A stretch of DNA of 64,000 nt from Dehalococcoidia bacterium. Its GTDB lineage: Bacteria; Chloroflexota; Dehalococcoidia; SZUA-161; SpSt-899. The DNA lies in the NCBI GenBank assembly GCA_048539495.1, contig JBLYPS010000005.1:11473-75472 (forward strand), written 5' to 3'. Made by a program: the position numbers and the translations under genes. Each line of letters starts with the position of its first letter. Within the stretch, counting starts at the first letter, position 1. Under the pieces are notes generated by a model. That model worked only from the letters and a program-made list of their open reading frames with translations. It was not told where the DNA came from and made no database searches. Shown here piece by piece: positions 38,842 to 48,732 of this stretch.

Positions 38842-40398
38842 ATGCGTAATAAAACAATCAGTTTGGTTATGTGCATCTTGCTCTTGGGGAGCATGGTGGC
38901 AGGATGTCCCCGACCGCAAGCAGAGGTAGAAGTGCCACAGGAAGTAGTTGTCGGGCTGGGGAGAGACCCCGGAGTGGCGTATGGATATGGTGCACATCCA
39001 TCGCTAACGCGCGTTCTTGAGCCATTAATCTTTAGGGATATCAAGCTCGAGCATAAACCTGGGCTTGCTACTTCATGGAAAGTATCAGATGATAGGTTGA
39101 CCTGGACCATTCAACTGCGAGAGGGTGTCAAATTTCACGACGGCACCCCTTTTAATGCTGAAGCAGCGAAACACAATCTGGAAAGGGTATCAGTGAGATG
39201 GCCTGGGCGTTTTGGACCAATCAAATCCATAGATGCTGTCGGTGAATATACAGTCAAAGTCACACATGAGGATGTTTTTGCGCCGTTTGCTTATTCGCTG
39301 GCCTGGCCTGGTGCAGCGATGATCAGCCCTGGTGTTATTGATGAGGCAGGAAAAGTCATCGAGCCAATCGGAACAGGTCCTTTTAAAAGGGTTGAATGGG
39401 TTACCGGTGAAAAAATGGTATTGGTGCGGAATGAAGATTATTGGGGGGGCAAGCCCAAGCTAGAACGAGTAACTTTAAAGTTCATTCCCGATCCAACAAC
39501 AAGAATAATGGCCCTCGAAGCCGGTGAGATAGACATGATCATCGATACCGGCGGCGTAATGCCGGAACATGTGCCCACCCTTATAATGCATCCCGAAATA
39601 GAGGTACTGACAGTTCCCGGGGCAGTTCCGCATTATATGACCCTCAATACCAAGAGTGTGTTTTTTGATGATACGCGAGTAAGAAGGGCGATAATGTACG
39701 CTATAGATCCGGAAAGTATTATCAGGTATGCACTGGAAGGTTATGGCAAGGTTATGACCACTGTTACTCCTCACTCAGAATCGGAGTGGATGCATCCAGA
39801 GCCTCTATTCCAGTTCAATAAGCCGGATAAGGCGCGAGAACTGCTGCAAGAAGCAGGATGGATAGATACTGATGGTGATGGTATACGTGAGAGGAACGGA
39901 GAAAAATTCAAGGTAACATTCCTTCTATCTACCGGTCTGGTTGGCCGCTGGCCGTACGATACTATTGCCGAGATTATACAGGCACAGCTTCGAGAAGTAG
40001 GAATTCAGGTTGAACTTCTGACAGTGGAGACAGGCCTTTGGAGTAAAAAGTTAAAGGAAGGAAAAGCGGAGATCTCAATCCGTCCCTGGGCAGCAATATC
40101 TCCCCAGGAACGCCTGCATTCGTGGCTCCATTCCGAGGGCATAAATGTCCTTGGCATGGGAATATTCTACTCAAATCAAGAGATGGATAAACTGATCAAT
40201 GAGCTTATGCGGACAACCGATGAAGGGGTGGCAAAGAGGTTAGCTTTTGAGATACAAAGAATCGCTGCCAGGGATATTCCGATAATTCCGGTATATGATG
40301 AAGTTTTGATCAACGCTGTTCGACACAACATAAGAGGATACAAGCTCCATCCATGGTTTCAGGTCAACTGGGAAGATATCTACGTAGTAGGACCATGA
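38842..40398 (+). CDS. ABC transporter substrate-binding lipoprotein, family 5 #3
   Basis: Lipobox VAGC; PGLATSW, FHDGTPFNA and IGTGPFK. Confidence 0.9.
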   Translation: MRNKTISLVMCILLLGSMVAGCPRPQAEVEVPQEVVVGLGRDPGVAYGYGAHPSLTRVLEPLIFRDIKLEHKPGLATSWKVSDDRLTWTIQLREGVKFHDGTPFNAEAAKHNLERVSVRWPGRFGPIKSIDAVGEYTVKVTHEDVFAPFAYSLAWPGAAMISPGVIDEAGKVIEPIGTGPFKRVEWVTGEKMVLVRNEDYWGGKPKLERVTLKFIPDPTTRIMALEAGEIDMIIDTGGVMPEHVPTLIMHPEIEVLTVPGAVPHYMTLNTKSVFFDDTRVRRAIMYAIDPESIIRYALEGYGKVMTTVTPHSESEWMHPEPLFQFNKPDKARELLQEAGWIDTDGDGIRERNGEKFKVTFLLSTGLVGRWPYDTIAEIIQAQLREVGIQVELLTVETGLWSKKLKEGKAEISIRPWAAISPQERLHSWLHSEGINVLGMGIFYSNQEMDKLINELMRTTDEGVAKRLAFEIQRIAARDIPIIPVYDEVLINAVRHNIRGYKLHPWFQVNWEDIYVVGP

Positions 40399-41186
40399 CT
40401 TGGGCTGATGAATGGCGAAAACTGGTGCTGGGGTCATCGCTCAGAAAGGGCGGTGACCCTTTCACCTCGAGGGAATTCGTCGAATGGTATGACCGTCAGC
40501 TCGAGCATAACGGTTATCCCGGCATCCTGCTGGACAAAGTCCGAAGCCATCTAAATAAGGGTTCAACGGTGCTGGATATCGGCGCCGGCACGGGCGCCTT
40601 TGCCATTCCGCTTGCCCAACTGGTTAAAGAGGTTATGGTAGTGGAACCATCACCGCAGATGCTGGCGCGTCTCGGCAGCAAGATGAACAACCTGACTAAC
40701 ATTCACCTGATTAACCAGCGCTGGGAAGATGTTAACATTGAGGAAGTTGGCATACATGATATGATAATAGCCGCCCACTCGCTCTACGATATTATAGACA
40801 TCGAGACAATACTAAAAAAGATGATATCAGCAGCGAAAAAACATCTTTACATCATTATGGGGGTTGGGCGGTCAGACTTCTATGCTGATATCTGGCAGCA
40901 TTTCAAAGAGGAATATCACCCTCCACCCAGTTTCATTTACGCCTACAATGTCCTCTATGAGATGGGAATACTTGCCGATGTGGAGATCGTACAAACTCCC
41001 CGCAGTCAGGTTTATTCGGGCATCGGGCAGGCGGTAAAACATTGGACGGCTCGACTTGACTTACCTTCTGAAAAGGAAGACCAGTTGCGAGCATTCTTGC
41101 GGAACCGTTTGAAAGAAAGGGAGGGGTTGCTCTACTTTGAGGAAAAGGGACAGACGGCGATCATAAGGTATGAGAAAAAATGCTAA
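40395..41186 (+). CDS. Class I SAM-dependent methyltransferase
   Basis: VLDIGAGTGAFAIPLA and VEPSPQML; ATGA overlap with binding protein #3. Confidence 0.88.
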   Translation: MTWADEWRKLVLGSSLRKGGDPFTSREFVEWYDRQLEHNGYPGILLDKVRSHLNKGSTVLDIGAGTGAFAIPLAQLVKEVMVVEPSPQMLARLGSKMNNLTNIHLINQRWEDVNIEEVGIHDMIIAAHSLYDIIDIETILKKMISAAKKHLYIIMGVGRSDFYADIWQHFKEEYHPPPSFIYAYNVLYEMGILADVEIVQTPRSQVYSGIGQAVKHWTARLDLPSEKEDQLRAFLRNRLKEREGLLYFEEKGQTAIIRYEKKC

Positions 41187-42124
41187 CCTATATCATCAGA
41201 AGAATTGGAGTGATGGTTTTTATCTTGCTGGGCGTATCGGTGATCACCTTTTCCATGATGCATTTTGTGCCGGGCGATCCGGCCGAGGTGATTGCCATAG
41301 AACGATATGGGGAGGAAGTCACGGCAGAGACGATCGAACATGTAAGAAGGGAATTGGGCCTCGACCAGCCGGTTTATATTCAGTATTTTCGCTGGCTGAC
41401 TAATGTGCTCCAGGGAGACCTGGGCTATTCCGCCCGCACCGACCGCCCGGTTTTAGATGAAATCCTGACCAGACTGCCCGCCACGATACAACTGGCCCTG
41501 GCAGGCATGCTGGTATCGCTCATCATAGCAATTCCAGTTGGGATTATCTCGGCCACCAAGCAATACTCAATAGTCGACAACGTTAGCATGTTTGGCGCGC
41601 TCTTAGGGGTTTCCATGCCCAATTTCTGGCTTGGACTGCTGCTCATATTGCTTTTTTCGGTTCATTTAGGCTGGCTTCCGGTCTTTGGTCGGGGAGGAAT
41701 AGAACACCTGATCCTGCCGGCAATAACCCTGGGGACAGGTATGGCGGCGATCACGACCAGATTGATGAGATCAAGCATGCTGGAAGTCCTGATGCAAAAT
41801 TACATCCGCACAGCAAGGGCGAAGGGCCTCACTGAAAAGCTGGTGATAGGGAAACATGCCTTGAAAAATGCCGTGATCCCGGTGGTTACCATAGTCGGGC
41901 TGCAATTTGCCCACCTTCTCGAGGGGGCAGTGATTGTGGAGACTATTTTTGCCTGGCCGGGAATAGGCAGACTCATGGTGGGTTCGATTTTTGCCCGGGA
42001 TTTCGCCGTGGTCCAGGGATGTGTCCTGTTCTTCGCCCTTATCTTCGTCCTCTCCAACCTCATTGTCGACATCTCCTATGCTTATCTTGATCCCCGAATT
42101 CGATATGCGAGGAGGAGGGTGTAG
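41180..42124 (+). CDS. ABC permease (NikB/DppB family)
   Basis: PGDPA, ELGLDQPVYIQY, EAA-loop YIRTARAKGL and YAYLDPRIR. Confidence 0.92.
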   Translation: MLTYIIRRIGVMVFILLGVSVITFSMMHFVPGDPAEVIAIERYGEEVTAETIEHVRRELGLDQPVYIQYFRWLTNVLQGDLGYSARTDRPVLDEILTRLPATIQLALAGMLVSLIIAIPVGIISATKQYSIVDNVSMFGALLGVSMPNFWLGLLLILLFSVHLGWLPVFGRGGIEHLILPAITLGTGMAAITTRLMRSSMLEVLMQNYIRTARAKGLTEKLVIGKHALKNAVIPVVTIVGLQFAHLLEGAVIVETIFAWPGIGRLMVGSIFARDFAVVQGCVLFFALIFVLSNLIVDISYAYLDPRIRYARRRV

Positions 42125-42126
42125 AC

Positions 42127-43026
42127 ATGGAGAGCGTCGCTGTCGAGAGAGCCATATCAGCACTGATAAAGGTTAGCCCCTATGCCATTGAGGTGTTTGA
42201 GAGACTTAGAGAGAACCGGTTGGCAGTGGTTGGGCTAGCAATTGTGCTCTCTCTGACACTGGTGGCGATTCTTGCTCCCTTCATTGCTCCTCATGACCCC
42301 ATTGAGCAGAATCTTGGGCTTCGTCTCCTTTCCCCCTCCTGGCAGTATCTCCTGGGAACAGATGCCCTGGGGCGGTGCATCATGAGCCGGCTGATATATG
42401 GAACTCGGGTCTCGCTACAGATAGGAGTGATGGTAGTGGGGATAACCGCGCTTTTGGGTACCCTGCTCGGGCTTATCGCGGGATACGTGGGAGGGGTGGT
42501 TGATGAGGGCATCATGAGGATTGTGGATGTGTTCCTGGCGTTTCCTGGGCTTATACTGGCGCTGGTTATCGCCGGGCTCCTTGGGCCGGGGCTCTTCAAT
42601 ATCATGCTGGCCCTTTCCGTTATCGGCTGGACAGGATATGCCCGGGTGGTGCGGGGGTGTGTCCTTTCGGCAAAGGAGAGAGGTTTTGTGGAAGCGACGA
42701 GGGCGCTTGGCGGCAGCAACCTTTATATCATGTTCCGTCATGTTCTGCCGGAGGCTCTTTCGCCGGTTATCGTGATGGCAACACTGGGCATGGGAGGGGT
42801 GATTCTTTCAACAGCCGCCTTGAGTTTCCTGGGCCTCGGCGCTCAACCACCAATGCCGGAATGGGGCTCGATGCTGAGCGGCGGGCGGGCTTTTATGCGG
42901 ACCGCACCCCATCTGACCATCTTTCCCGGGCTGGCGATAATGGTAACAATTCTGTCCCTCAACTTCCTTGGCGATGGGCTCCGGGATGCGCTTGACCCCA
43001 GACAGAAAAGGAAGTTGGAGATATAA
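42127..43026 (+). CDS. ABC permease (NikC/DppC family)
   Basis: LLGTDALGRC, FVEATRALGGS and NFLGDGLRDALDPR. Confidence 0.92.
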   Translation: MESVAVERAISALIKVSPYAIEVFERLRENRLAVVGLAIVLSLTLVAILAPFIAPHDPIEQNLGLRLLSPSWQYLLGTDALGRCIMSRLIYGTRVSLQIGVMVVGITALLGTLLGLIAGYVGGVVDEGIMRIVDVFLAFPGLILALVIAGLLGPGLFNIMLALSVIGWTGYARVVRGCVLSAKERGFVEATRALGGSNLYIMFRHVLPEALSPVIVMATLGMGGVILSTAALSFLGLGAQPPMPEWGSMLSGGRAFMRTAPHLTIFPGLAIMVTILSLNFLGDGLRDALDPRQKRKLEI

Positions 43027-43029
43027 GCC

Positions 43030-43956
43030 ATGGGTCTGCTCCAGATCAACAACCTGCACGTAAATTTCCCTACAAAGGCGGGGGTGGTACGGGCTTCCGA
43101 TGGGGTGAGCTTGGAGATAAAGCAGGGAGAGTCTTTAGCCCTGGTCGGGGAATCCGGCTGTGGGAAGACCATTGTGGCACTCAGCATAATGCGTCTGCTC
43201 CCCGAAGATGCCCGAATAAGCGGTGAAATACGCTTCGAGGGAAAGAACCTCCTTTCGCTGGGGAAAGAGGAAATCAGGGAAATAAGAGGCCGGGAGATCG
43301 CTATGATCTTCGAGCAGCCCGCAACTTGCCTGAATCCCGTTTTCACTGTCGGCGACCAGATATCCGAAGCAGTGAGAGTTCACAATAACTGTTCCCGAAA
43401 GGAGTCTAAGGAGAGGGCTATTGAACTGATGGAGATGGTGGGAATTCCATCCCCCCAGAAAAGGTGCGGTCAGTATCCTCACGAATTCAGCGGCGGGATG
43501 CAGCAGCGGGTGATGATTGCCATTGCTCTGGCGCTCAGCCCCTCGCTGCTCATCGCCGATGAGCCTACGACCTCCCTCGATGTTACCATCCAGGCGCAGA
43601 TCATGGAGCTTCTCAAGGATTTAATCGCCAAATTCAAGACATCCCTCTTTTTGATAACCCACAATCTCGGCGTTGCCGCTGAGATGTGCGATAACGTTGC
43701 TGTGATGTATGCCGGCGAGATTGTGGAGAGAGGACGCCTGAGCGAGGTCTTCGAATATCCGAGGCATCCCTATACCAAAGCCCTGCTGGGGGCGATCTCA
43801 AACGATGGGCTACGGCCTATAAAGGGCTCAGTTCCCGAGCTTACCCGTCTTCCAAATGGGTGCCGGTTTCATCCTCGCTGCCCTCAGGCGGAGAATGTGT
43901 GCCGAAAAGTGAGGCCAGAAATGAGATTCAAAGTGAGGTGTCACCTATGGGACTAA
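43030..43956 (+). CDS. ABC ATPase (NikD/DppD family)
   Basis: [23 protein letters not shown] and C-terminal CRFHPRC. Confidence 0.92.
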   Translation: MGLLQINNLHVNFPTKAGVVRASDGVSLEIKQGESLALVGESGCGKTIVALSIMRLLPEDARISGEIRFEGKNLLSLGKEEIREIRGREIAMIFEQPATCLNPVFTVGDQISEAVRVHNNCSRKESKERAIELMEMVGIPSPQKRCGQYPHEFSGGMQQRVMIAIALALSPSLLIADEPTTSLDVTIQAQIMELLKDLIAKFKTSLFLITHNLGVAAEMCDNVAVMYAGEIVERGRLSEVFEYPRHPYTKALLGAISNDGLRPIKGSVPELTRLPNGCRFHPRCPQAENVCRKVRPEMRFKVRCHLWD

Positions 43957-44882
43957 TCGAGGTCAAAAATCTGAGAAAATATTTCACCAGCGGTCTGTTT
44001 CGGAAAAGCTGTGTTAAGGCTGTTGACGGGGTTTCCTTTGAGGTAGAGGAGGGCGAGACCTTTGCTTTGGTTGGAGAAAGCGGCTGCGGAAAATCTACGG
44101 TGGGACGATGTATTCTGCGCCTGATCGAGCCCACCGCGGGAGAGGTTTATTTTAGGGGTATAAACATATCAGGGTCAAACGGAAACCTCCGGGGTTTGAG
44201 AAAAAAGATGCAGATGATCTTCCAGGATGCCGACGGTACTCTTAATCCCAGAATGAGGGTTTTCGACCTCATCACGGAGCCTTCAAGGGTTCACCGGCTG
44301 GTTAATGGGCGAGAAAAGGCTGCCGAGCTTATGGAGATGGTGAACCTTACTCCCGATCTCCTTGGTCGCTACCCTCACGAGCTGTCCGGCGGACAAAGGC
44401 ACCGGATCGGGATAGCCAGGGCAATGAGCTTAAATCCCGAATTTATCGTCGCCGATGAACTAGCCGCTTCCTTAGACCTCTCTGTCCAGGCACAGATGCT
44501 GGACCTGATGAAAAGGCTTCAGGCGGAGTTTGCGATTGGCTATCTCTTTATCTCGCATAACCTCAACGTCGTCAAGCTCATGGCGGATAGGGTAGCCGTG
44601 ATGTATCTCGGTAAGTTTGTTGAAGTTGGGGATACAAGGAGGATATTCAGCGCTTCCGCCCATCCCTATACCCAGGCTCTCCTTTCCACGGTTCTTAATC
44701 CCAACCCATCGGCAAGGCGAAAAAGAATAGTGCTTGAGGGGGAAATCCCCAGCCCCTTGAATCCTCCATCGGGATGCAGGTTCCACCCTCGGTGCCCTGA
44801 GGCTAAGGCAATCTGTTCTGAGATTGAGGCTGATCTCCGGGAAATAGAGGACCGTCACTTAGTGTCCTGCCATTTTGCCTAG
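43947..44882 (+). CDS. ABC ATPase (NikE/DppF family)
   Basis: [16 protein letters not shown] and HPYTQALL. Confidence 0.92.
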   Translation: MGLIEVKNLRKYFTSGLFRKSCVKAVDGVSFEVEEGETFALVGESGCGKSTVGRCILRLIEPTAGEVYFRGINISGSNGNLRGLRKKMQMIFQDADGTLNPRMRVFDLITEPSRVHRLVNGREKAAELMEMVNLTPDLLGRYPHELSGGQRHRIGIARAMSLNPEFIVADELAASLDLSVQAQMLDLMKRLQAEFAIGYLFISHNLNVVKLMADRVAVMYLGKFVEVGDTRRIFSASAHPYTQALLSTVLNPNPSARRKRIVLEGEIPSPLNPPSGCRFHPRCPEAKAICSEIEADLREIEDRHLVSCHFA

Positions 44883-44964
44883 ATACCTCTCTGCCCGCAA
44901 CCTCGACCTCCGGCATTGCAATCCGGACGTAAGGCATGATAAGCTCGTAAGTATCCAGAAAGTT

Positions 44965-45045
44965 GAGCCTCTTGCAAAAAGGGATTCTCTGAAGCTGGCA
45001 GTTGCGTTATCTCAGCTTCGGCCAACGGATTTTTGCAAGAGCCTC
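44965..45045 (-). mobile_element. 81-bp MITE, copy 2
   Basis: Reverse complement of 5830-5909 apart from one extra base in the terminal homopolymer; target duplication AGTT at 44961-44964 and 45046-45049. Confidence 0.9.
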
Positions 45046-45068
45046 AGTTATCACCTCTATTTCTTGGG

Positions 45069-45119
45069 GTGGGGGCGAATTTATTCGCCCTGTCGGGGGG
45101 AGGCTTTAGCCTCCCCTAC
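45069..45119 (+). repeat. REP-like double hairpin, copy 1 of 3
   Basis: GGGGCGAATTTATTCGCCC-tgtc-GGGGGGAGGCTTTAGCCTCCCCTAC; also at 46871 and 51214. Confidence 0.8.
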
Positions 45120-45181
45120 CCAATGTAGCCTGTAGCCGGAAAGGAGCCCACCCAGCAAAATACTATTTCACCGAGCAAGCC

Positions 45182-45925
45182 ATGCCCAAAAGCGAAATCA
45201 TCATCTCGGACTGGAACGGCACTCTCATCGAAGATAGGGACGAAGCGCTGATATTCGGGTTCATCGGCAGGGGACTGGTCAAAGATTCCCTCCCTTTCCA
45301 CCCCCTTCGATTCCTTCGCCTGATAAAAGCTAAGCGCCAATTAGAGGCCTTGCCCGATGGATTTGAGCTATTGGCCGATGGGTATAACATTGAGACGCTG
45401 AAGCAGATGCACCAGATCTGCAGCCGCGTCCTTCAAGGGGTGGAAATAGATTCAATAACCAGACGCGTAAATCTCTATGCCTCCGATGCGTCAAAGCGAC
45501 TGGAGGAGCGGATGCTCCGCCCCATCCAGGAAATGCACCGCCAGGGGAAGCAGACCGGTATCCTGAGCATCGGGTATCGTTATGGCATAGGCAGGATACT
45601 CTCCGTCGGGGGCTATGGAGAAGTCTTCGACTTCATCGAGGCCAACGATCTGAGGACAAAGGGCTCGAAGATATCCAGCCTTTCCTTCCGCATAGATAAA
45701 GCCAGGTGGCTGACAGAACTCCTTTCCTATCTCAGCGTATCCCCGGGCAAAACCATCTACATCGGCGATGCCAATCCCGATGAACCATGCTTCGAGATGG
45801 TCAGGTATCCCGTAGTCTCCTTCCTGGCCACGGAGGATTTCAAGCAGCATTGCGCTCGCAAATTCGGGGTGCAGTGTGTGCCGGAGAGTGAAGCCGATCT
45901 CCGGAAATATCTCCACGGCATTTAG
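45182..45925 (+). CDS. HAD-superfamily hydrolase
   Basis: Motif I ISDWNGTL, ILSIG and YIGDANPDEPC. Confidence 0.8.
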   Translation: MPKSEIIISDWNGTLIEDRDEALIFGFIGRGLVKDSLPFHPLRFLRLIKAKRQLEALPDGFELLADGYNIETLKQMHQICSRVLQGVEIDSITRRVNLYASDASKRLEERMLRPIQEMHRQGKQTGILSIGYRYGIGRILSVGGYGEVFDFIEANDLRTKGSKISSLSFRIDKARWLTELLSYLSVSPGKTIYIGDANPDEPCFEMVRYPVVSFLATEDFKQHCARKFGVQCVPESEADLRKYLHGI

Positions 45926-45963
45926 AGTCAAGATACATCAGGGGTTATCCCCTATCCTCTATT

Positions 45964-46689
45964 TCATGCCGCCGGGAAAAGCTTGCCGTATGAAAAGATC
46001 AGGTTGATGCCCAGCGCTCGCGCCAGTTCCTGGACGGCAGGCCGAGCCCGGAATCCGAAGAATAGCGGGATCACCTCGGCGTGCGCCAGGTACTGGCCTT
46101 GCAACAGATGCGGGCGTGCCCGCTCCACTAGCGTGGCGAAGCGGATCAATTCCGGAGCAGTGATGTTGGTTTTCACCTCACCCAGAATCACCACCATTTG
46201 TCCCGGCCGGTCCCGATAGATCCCCTCTCCGTAGATGTTGAACTCCACCTCTTCTTCCCCGATGGTCACGTACCCCCGAGCCAACTCACCCAACTTCAGG
46301 CCCAGTTCCTTCTCCAGGACGTACGGTACCACTTCATAGGAAAGATCTTCCAGGCCACCGCCCAGATTTTCACTCAACCCCCCTAACTGGTGAGCCAGAT
46401 CCCGCACCGCTTTTTCAGTCCGCACCTGCACCTGCGCCAACTTGTCGATCCGTGCCTCGGTCCGTACCTGTGCCTGCGCCAATTCAGCCACCCGTGCCTC
46501 GGTCCGCACCTGCGCCTGCGCCAACTCAGCCACCCGTGCCTCGGTCCGCACCTGCGCCTGCGCCAAGTCCTGCACGACATCCCTGAGTTCGCCCAACTCG
46601 GTGGTATGCTTCTCCTGCACGTACTCCGCCACCATCTCGTTGATGGCCCGCCGCTGTTCCAGATTAAAAGCCTGCTCCGATAAACTCAT
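45964..46689 (-). CDS. Coiled-coil 14-aa-repeat protein with a C-terminal PD-(D/E)XK-like domain
   Basis: (LAQAQVRTEARVAE)n, then EFNIYGEG...ILGEVKT. Confidence 0.7.
   Translation of the reverse strand: MSLSEQAFNLEQRRAINEMVAEYVQEKHTTELGELRDVVQDLAQAQVRTEARVAELAQAQVRTEARVAELAQAQVRTEARIDKLAQVQVRTEKAVRDLAHQLGGLSENLGGGLEDLSYEVVPYVLEKELGLKLGELARGYVTIGEEEVEFNIYGEGIYRDRPGQMVVILGEVKTNITAPELIRFATLVERARPHLLQGQYLAHAEVIPLFFGFRARPAVQELARALGINLIFSYGKLFPAA
46418..46566. repeat. 42-bp coding tandem repeat (~3.5 copies)
   Basis: GCCACCCGTGCCTCGGTCCGCACCTGCGCCTGCGCCAA units. Confidence 0.85.
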
Positions 46690-46809
46690 CATCACACCTC
46701 TCATGTGTCAACCAGGAATACACTCTATAATCCTACCATAAATATCTACGGATGAAAAGCAACTTGCCCGGGGTGAGTTCAACATCGCTGGATTCCGAAA
46801 CCAGTCCTT

Positions 46810-46922
46810 GCAATAATTCTTCCCTGACAAAAGCCCATCTGACATCTGCTGAATTCTCAAGCTTCTTGGGATAGGGGCGAATTTATTCGCCCTGTCGGGG
46901 GGGAGACTAAATCCTCCCCTAC
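46810..46922 (+). repeat. ~110-bp element ending in the REP-like hairpins, duplicated at 51153-51263
   Basis: Shared CCTGACAAAAGCCCATCTG.CATCTGC.GAATTCTCAAGCTTCTTGGG followed by the REP. Confidence 0.85.
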
Positions 46923-46989
46923 TCAATGTTATCACCCTCACTACACTGGGAAAGGCGTTTTCGACCTGAAACACCGGACGGGCGCAGAA

Positions 46990-47018
46990 CCTAACCTTTT
47001 GTCGTTTTCTTCGTTATA
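46990..47018 (+). promoter_or_regulatory. ECF-type promoter, class P1
   Basis: CCTAAC-N16-CGTTATA; the same motif and spacing occur at 48579 and 53271. Confidence 0.7.
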
Positions 47019-47058
47019 ATTAATACGGCAGCAATATTGAGCTGTCGGAGGTTGCTAG

Positions 47059-47619
47059 GTGCAAGATGAACAGGATATTGTCCACCGGGCGCAAAGGGGA
47101 GACAAAGAAGCTCTGGCGCAACTTTACGAGACCCATTTTGACAAGGTGTATCGTTACGTAAGGCTCAGAATAGGAAACCGGACAGAGGCGGAGGATATAA
47201 CCCAGCAGGTCTTTCTGAAGGCAGTTGGGTCTATTTCCACCTTCAAGTGGAAGGGCATACCCTTCGCTGCCTGGTTATTTCGTATTGCTCACAATGAGGT
47301 GGCCGACCATTGGAGAAAGGAAAGCAAGCAGGGAACGGTTCCTCTTAATGAATCGCTGACGAGAGCCACCGGTAGCGCCGGCAACCCGCATTTGGTGGCA
47401 GAACACCAGTCGGATATTGAGCAGCTAATGACAGCGACGAAGAGGCTGACTAAGGCACAGCGCGAGGTGATTTCTCTTCGCTTTGCCAGTGAGTTATCTA
47501 TCGCACAGGTAGCAAGTGTTATGGGTAAAAGTCAGGGGGCTGTGAAGGCATTGCAGCATAGTGCGATTGTCGCTTTGCGCGAAGCACTGTTAGTGGGAGA
47601 GGATAATGAAGAGAGGTAA
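47059..47619 (+). CDS. ECF sigma factor (sigma-1)
   Basis: AEDITQQVFLKA, AWLFRIAHN, LTKAQREVISLRF and SQGAVKALQHSA. Confidence 0.93.
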   Translation: MQDEQDIVHRAQRGDKEALAQLYETHFDKVYRYVRLRIGNRTEAEDITQQVFLKAVGSISTFKWKGIPFAAWLFRIAHNEVADHWRKESKQGTVPLNESLTRATGSAGNPHLVAEHQSDIEQLMTATKRLTKAQREVISLRFASELSIAQVASVMGKSQGAVKALQHSAIVALREALLVGEDNEER

Positions 47620-48541
47620 AGAAGACATCCTGGATGAATGTTTAGAACGACTGCTGGTCAACGGCCAGACTGTAGAACAATGTCTTCAGAGCTATCCGGA
47701 GCTCTCAACTGAGCTTGAGCCATTACTGAGGACAGTCCTGGCCGCAAGAAAGGCTTCCGTTATCCGACCTTGCCCGGAGTTCAAAGCCAGAGCGAGATAC
47801 CAGTTTCACCGGGCACTCGAGGAATTAAAGCCTAAGAGAAGGCTCTGGGCCTGGGACTGGCAGCCACGCTGGGTGACGGCGGTAGCCATAATCCTTGTCT
47901 TGGTGCTTGCTGGTGGCGGCACGATGATGGCAGCTCACGATAGCATGCCTGGCCATCTCCTCCATCCGGTGAGGTTGGCCACCGAGGAGGTGCGATTGGC
48001 ACTAACCCCTTCAGCCATAGGCAAAGCAGAACTGCACGCAGAGCTTGCAGACAAGAGGGTAGCAGAGATCATTTACCTGGCTAAGAGGGAAGATAAAGCA
48101 GCGAAAGTAGTGCAGGTCGTTCAGCGACTGGAGCATCACCTGACCACGATAACGGACCTAGCTTTAGCCGAAGCAGTGACGAAGATGGATCATTTTGAAG
48201 TTGAAGAAAAAGTCCAGGTGCCGGTTGAGCTAACAGCACCGGCGGTCCCTCCGCCTGCTCAAGTTGAGGGAGAAGCGGCAACACATCTTGGTGCGCGATA
48301 CAAAGTCGATGAAGCTGAACCACTCGCCCCGAACATTGTTCCAACCGCCAAGGAGATGGTTCTACTTGAGGCCGATAGGTGGGCTAGACTCAAAATAACC
48401 CTGCAATATCAGGCGGTCGATCACCTGGCTGACCTACGCAATCTACTGCCGGTAGCCCCGGAATCAGCAATACCCGCGCTCCTTGAGGCAATTGTCATAG
48501 CTGAAGCCAGCTATGAGCGAGCCCTTCGAGTTTTGGAGTAG
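47606..48541 (+). CDS. Membrane anti-sigma factor with a DUF5667-like domain
   Basis: LDECLERL...CLQSYPE N-terminus, one TM helix, and SMPGHLLHPVRLATEEVRLALT; overlaps the sigma stop. Confidence 0.8.
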   Translation: MKRGKEDILDECLERLLVNGQTVEQCLQSYPELSTELEPLLRTVLAARKASVIRPCPEFKARARYQFHRALEELKPKRRLWAWDWQPRWVTAVAIILVLVLAGGGTMMAAHDSMPGHLLHPVRLATEEVRLALTPSAIGKAELHAELADKRVAEIIYLAKREDKAAKVVQVVQRLEHHLTTITDLALAEAVTKMDHFEVEEKVQVPVELTAPAVPPPAQVEGEAATHLGARYKVDEAEPLAPNIVPTAKEMVLLEADRWARLKITLQYQAVDHLADLRNLLPVAPESAIPALLEAIVIAEASYERALRVLE

Positions 48542-48578
48542 GTAGAAGCCAGTTTCCCCCAAATACTCCCTGCTCTTT

Positions 48579-48607
48579 CCTAACTTTTTGGTGCTTTCTT
48601 CGTTATA
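48579..48607 (+). promoter_or_regulatory. ECF-type promoter, class P1
   Basis: CCTAAC-N16-CGTTATA upstream of protease copy A. Confidence 0.7.
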
Positions 48608-48732
48608 TATAGTAGAGGGAAAAATCCCGGTCACCAATAAGGGAGGTGAGAGCCAGTGACGATAACCTGAATCGAGTCAGAGTTCGTCCACACTCGCAAA
48701 AAAGTGGGCCAGAAATTAGGAGGATAACAAAG

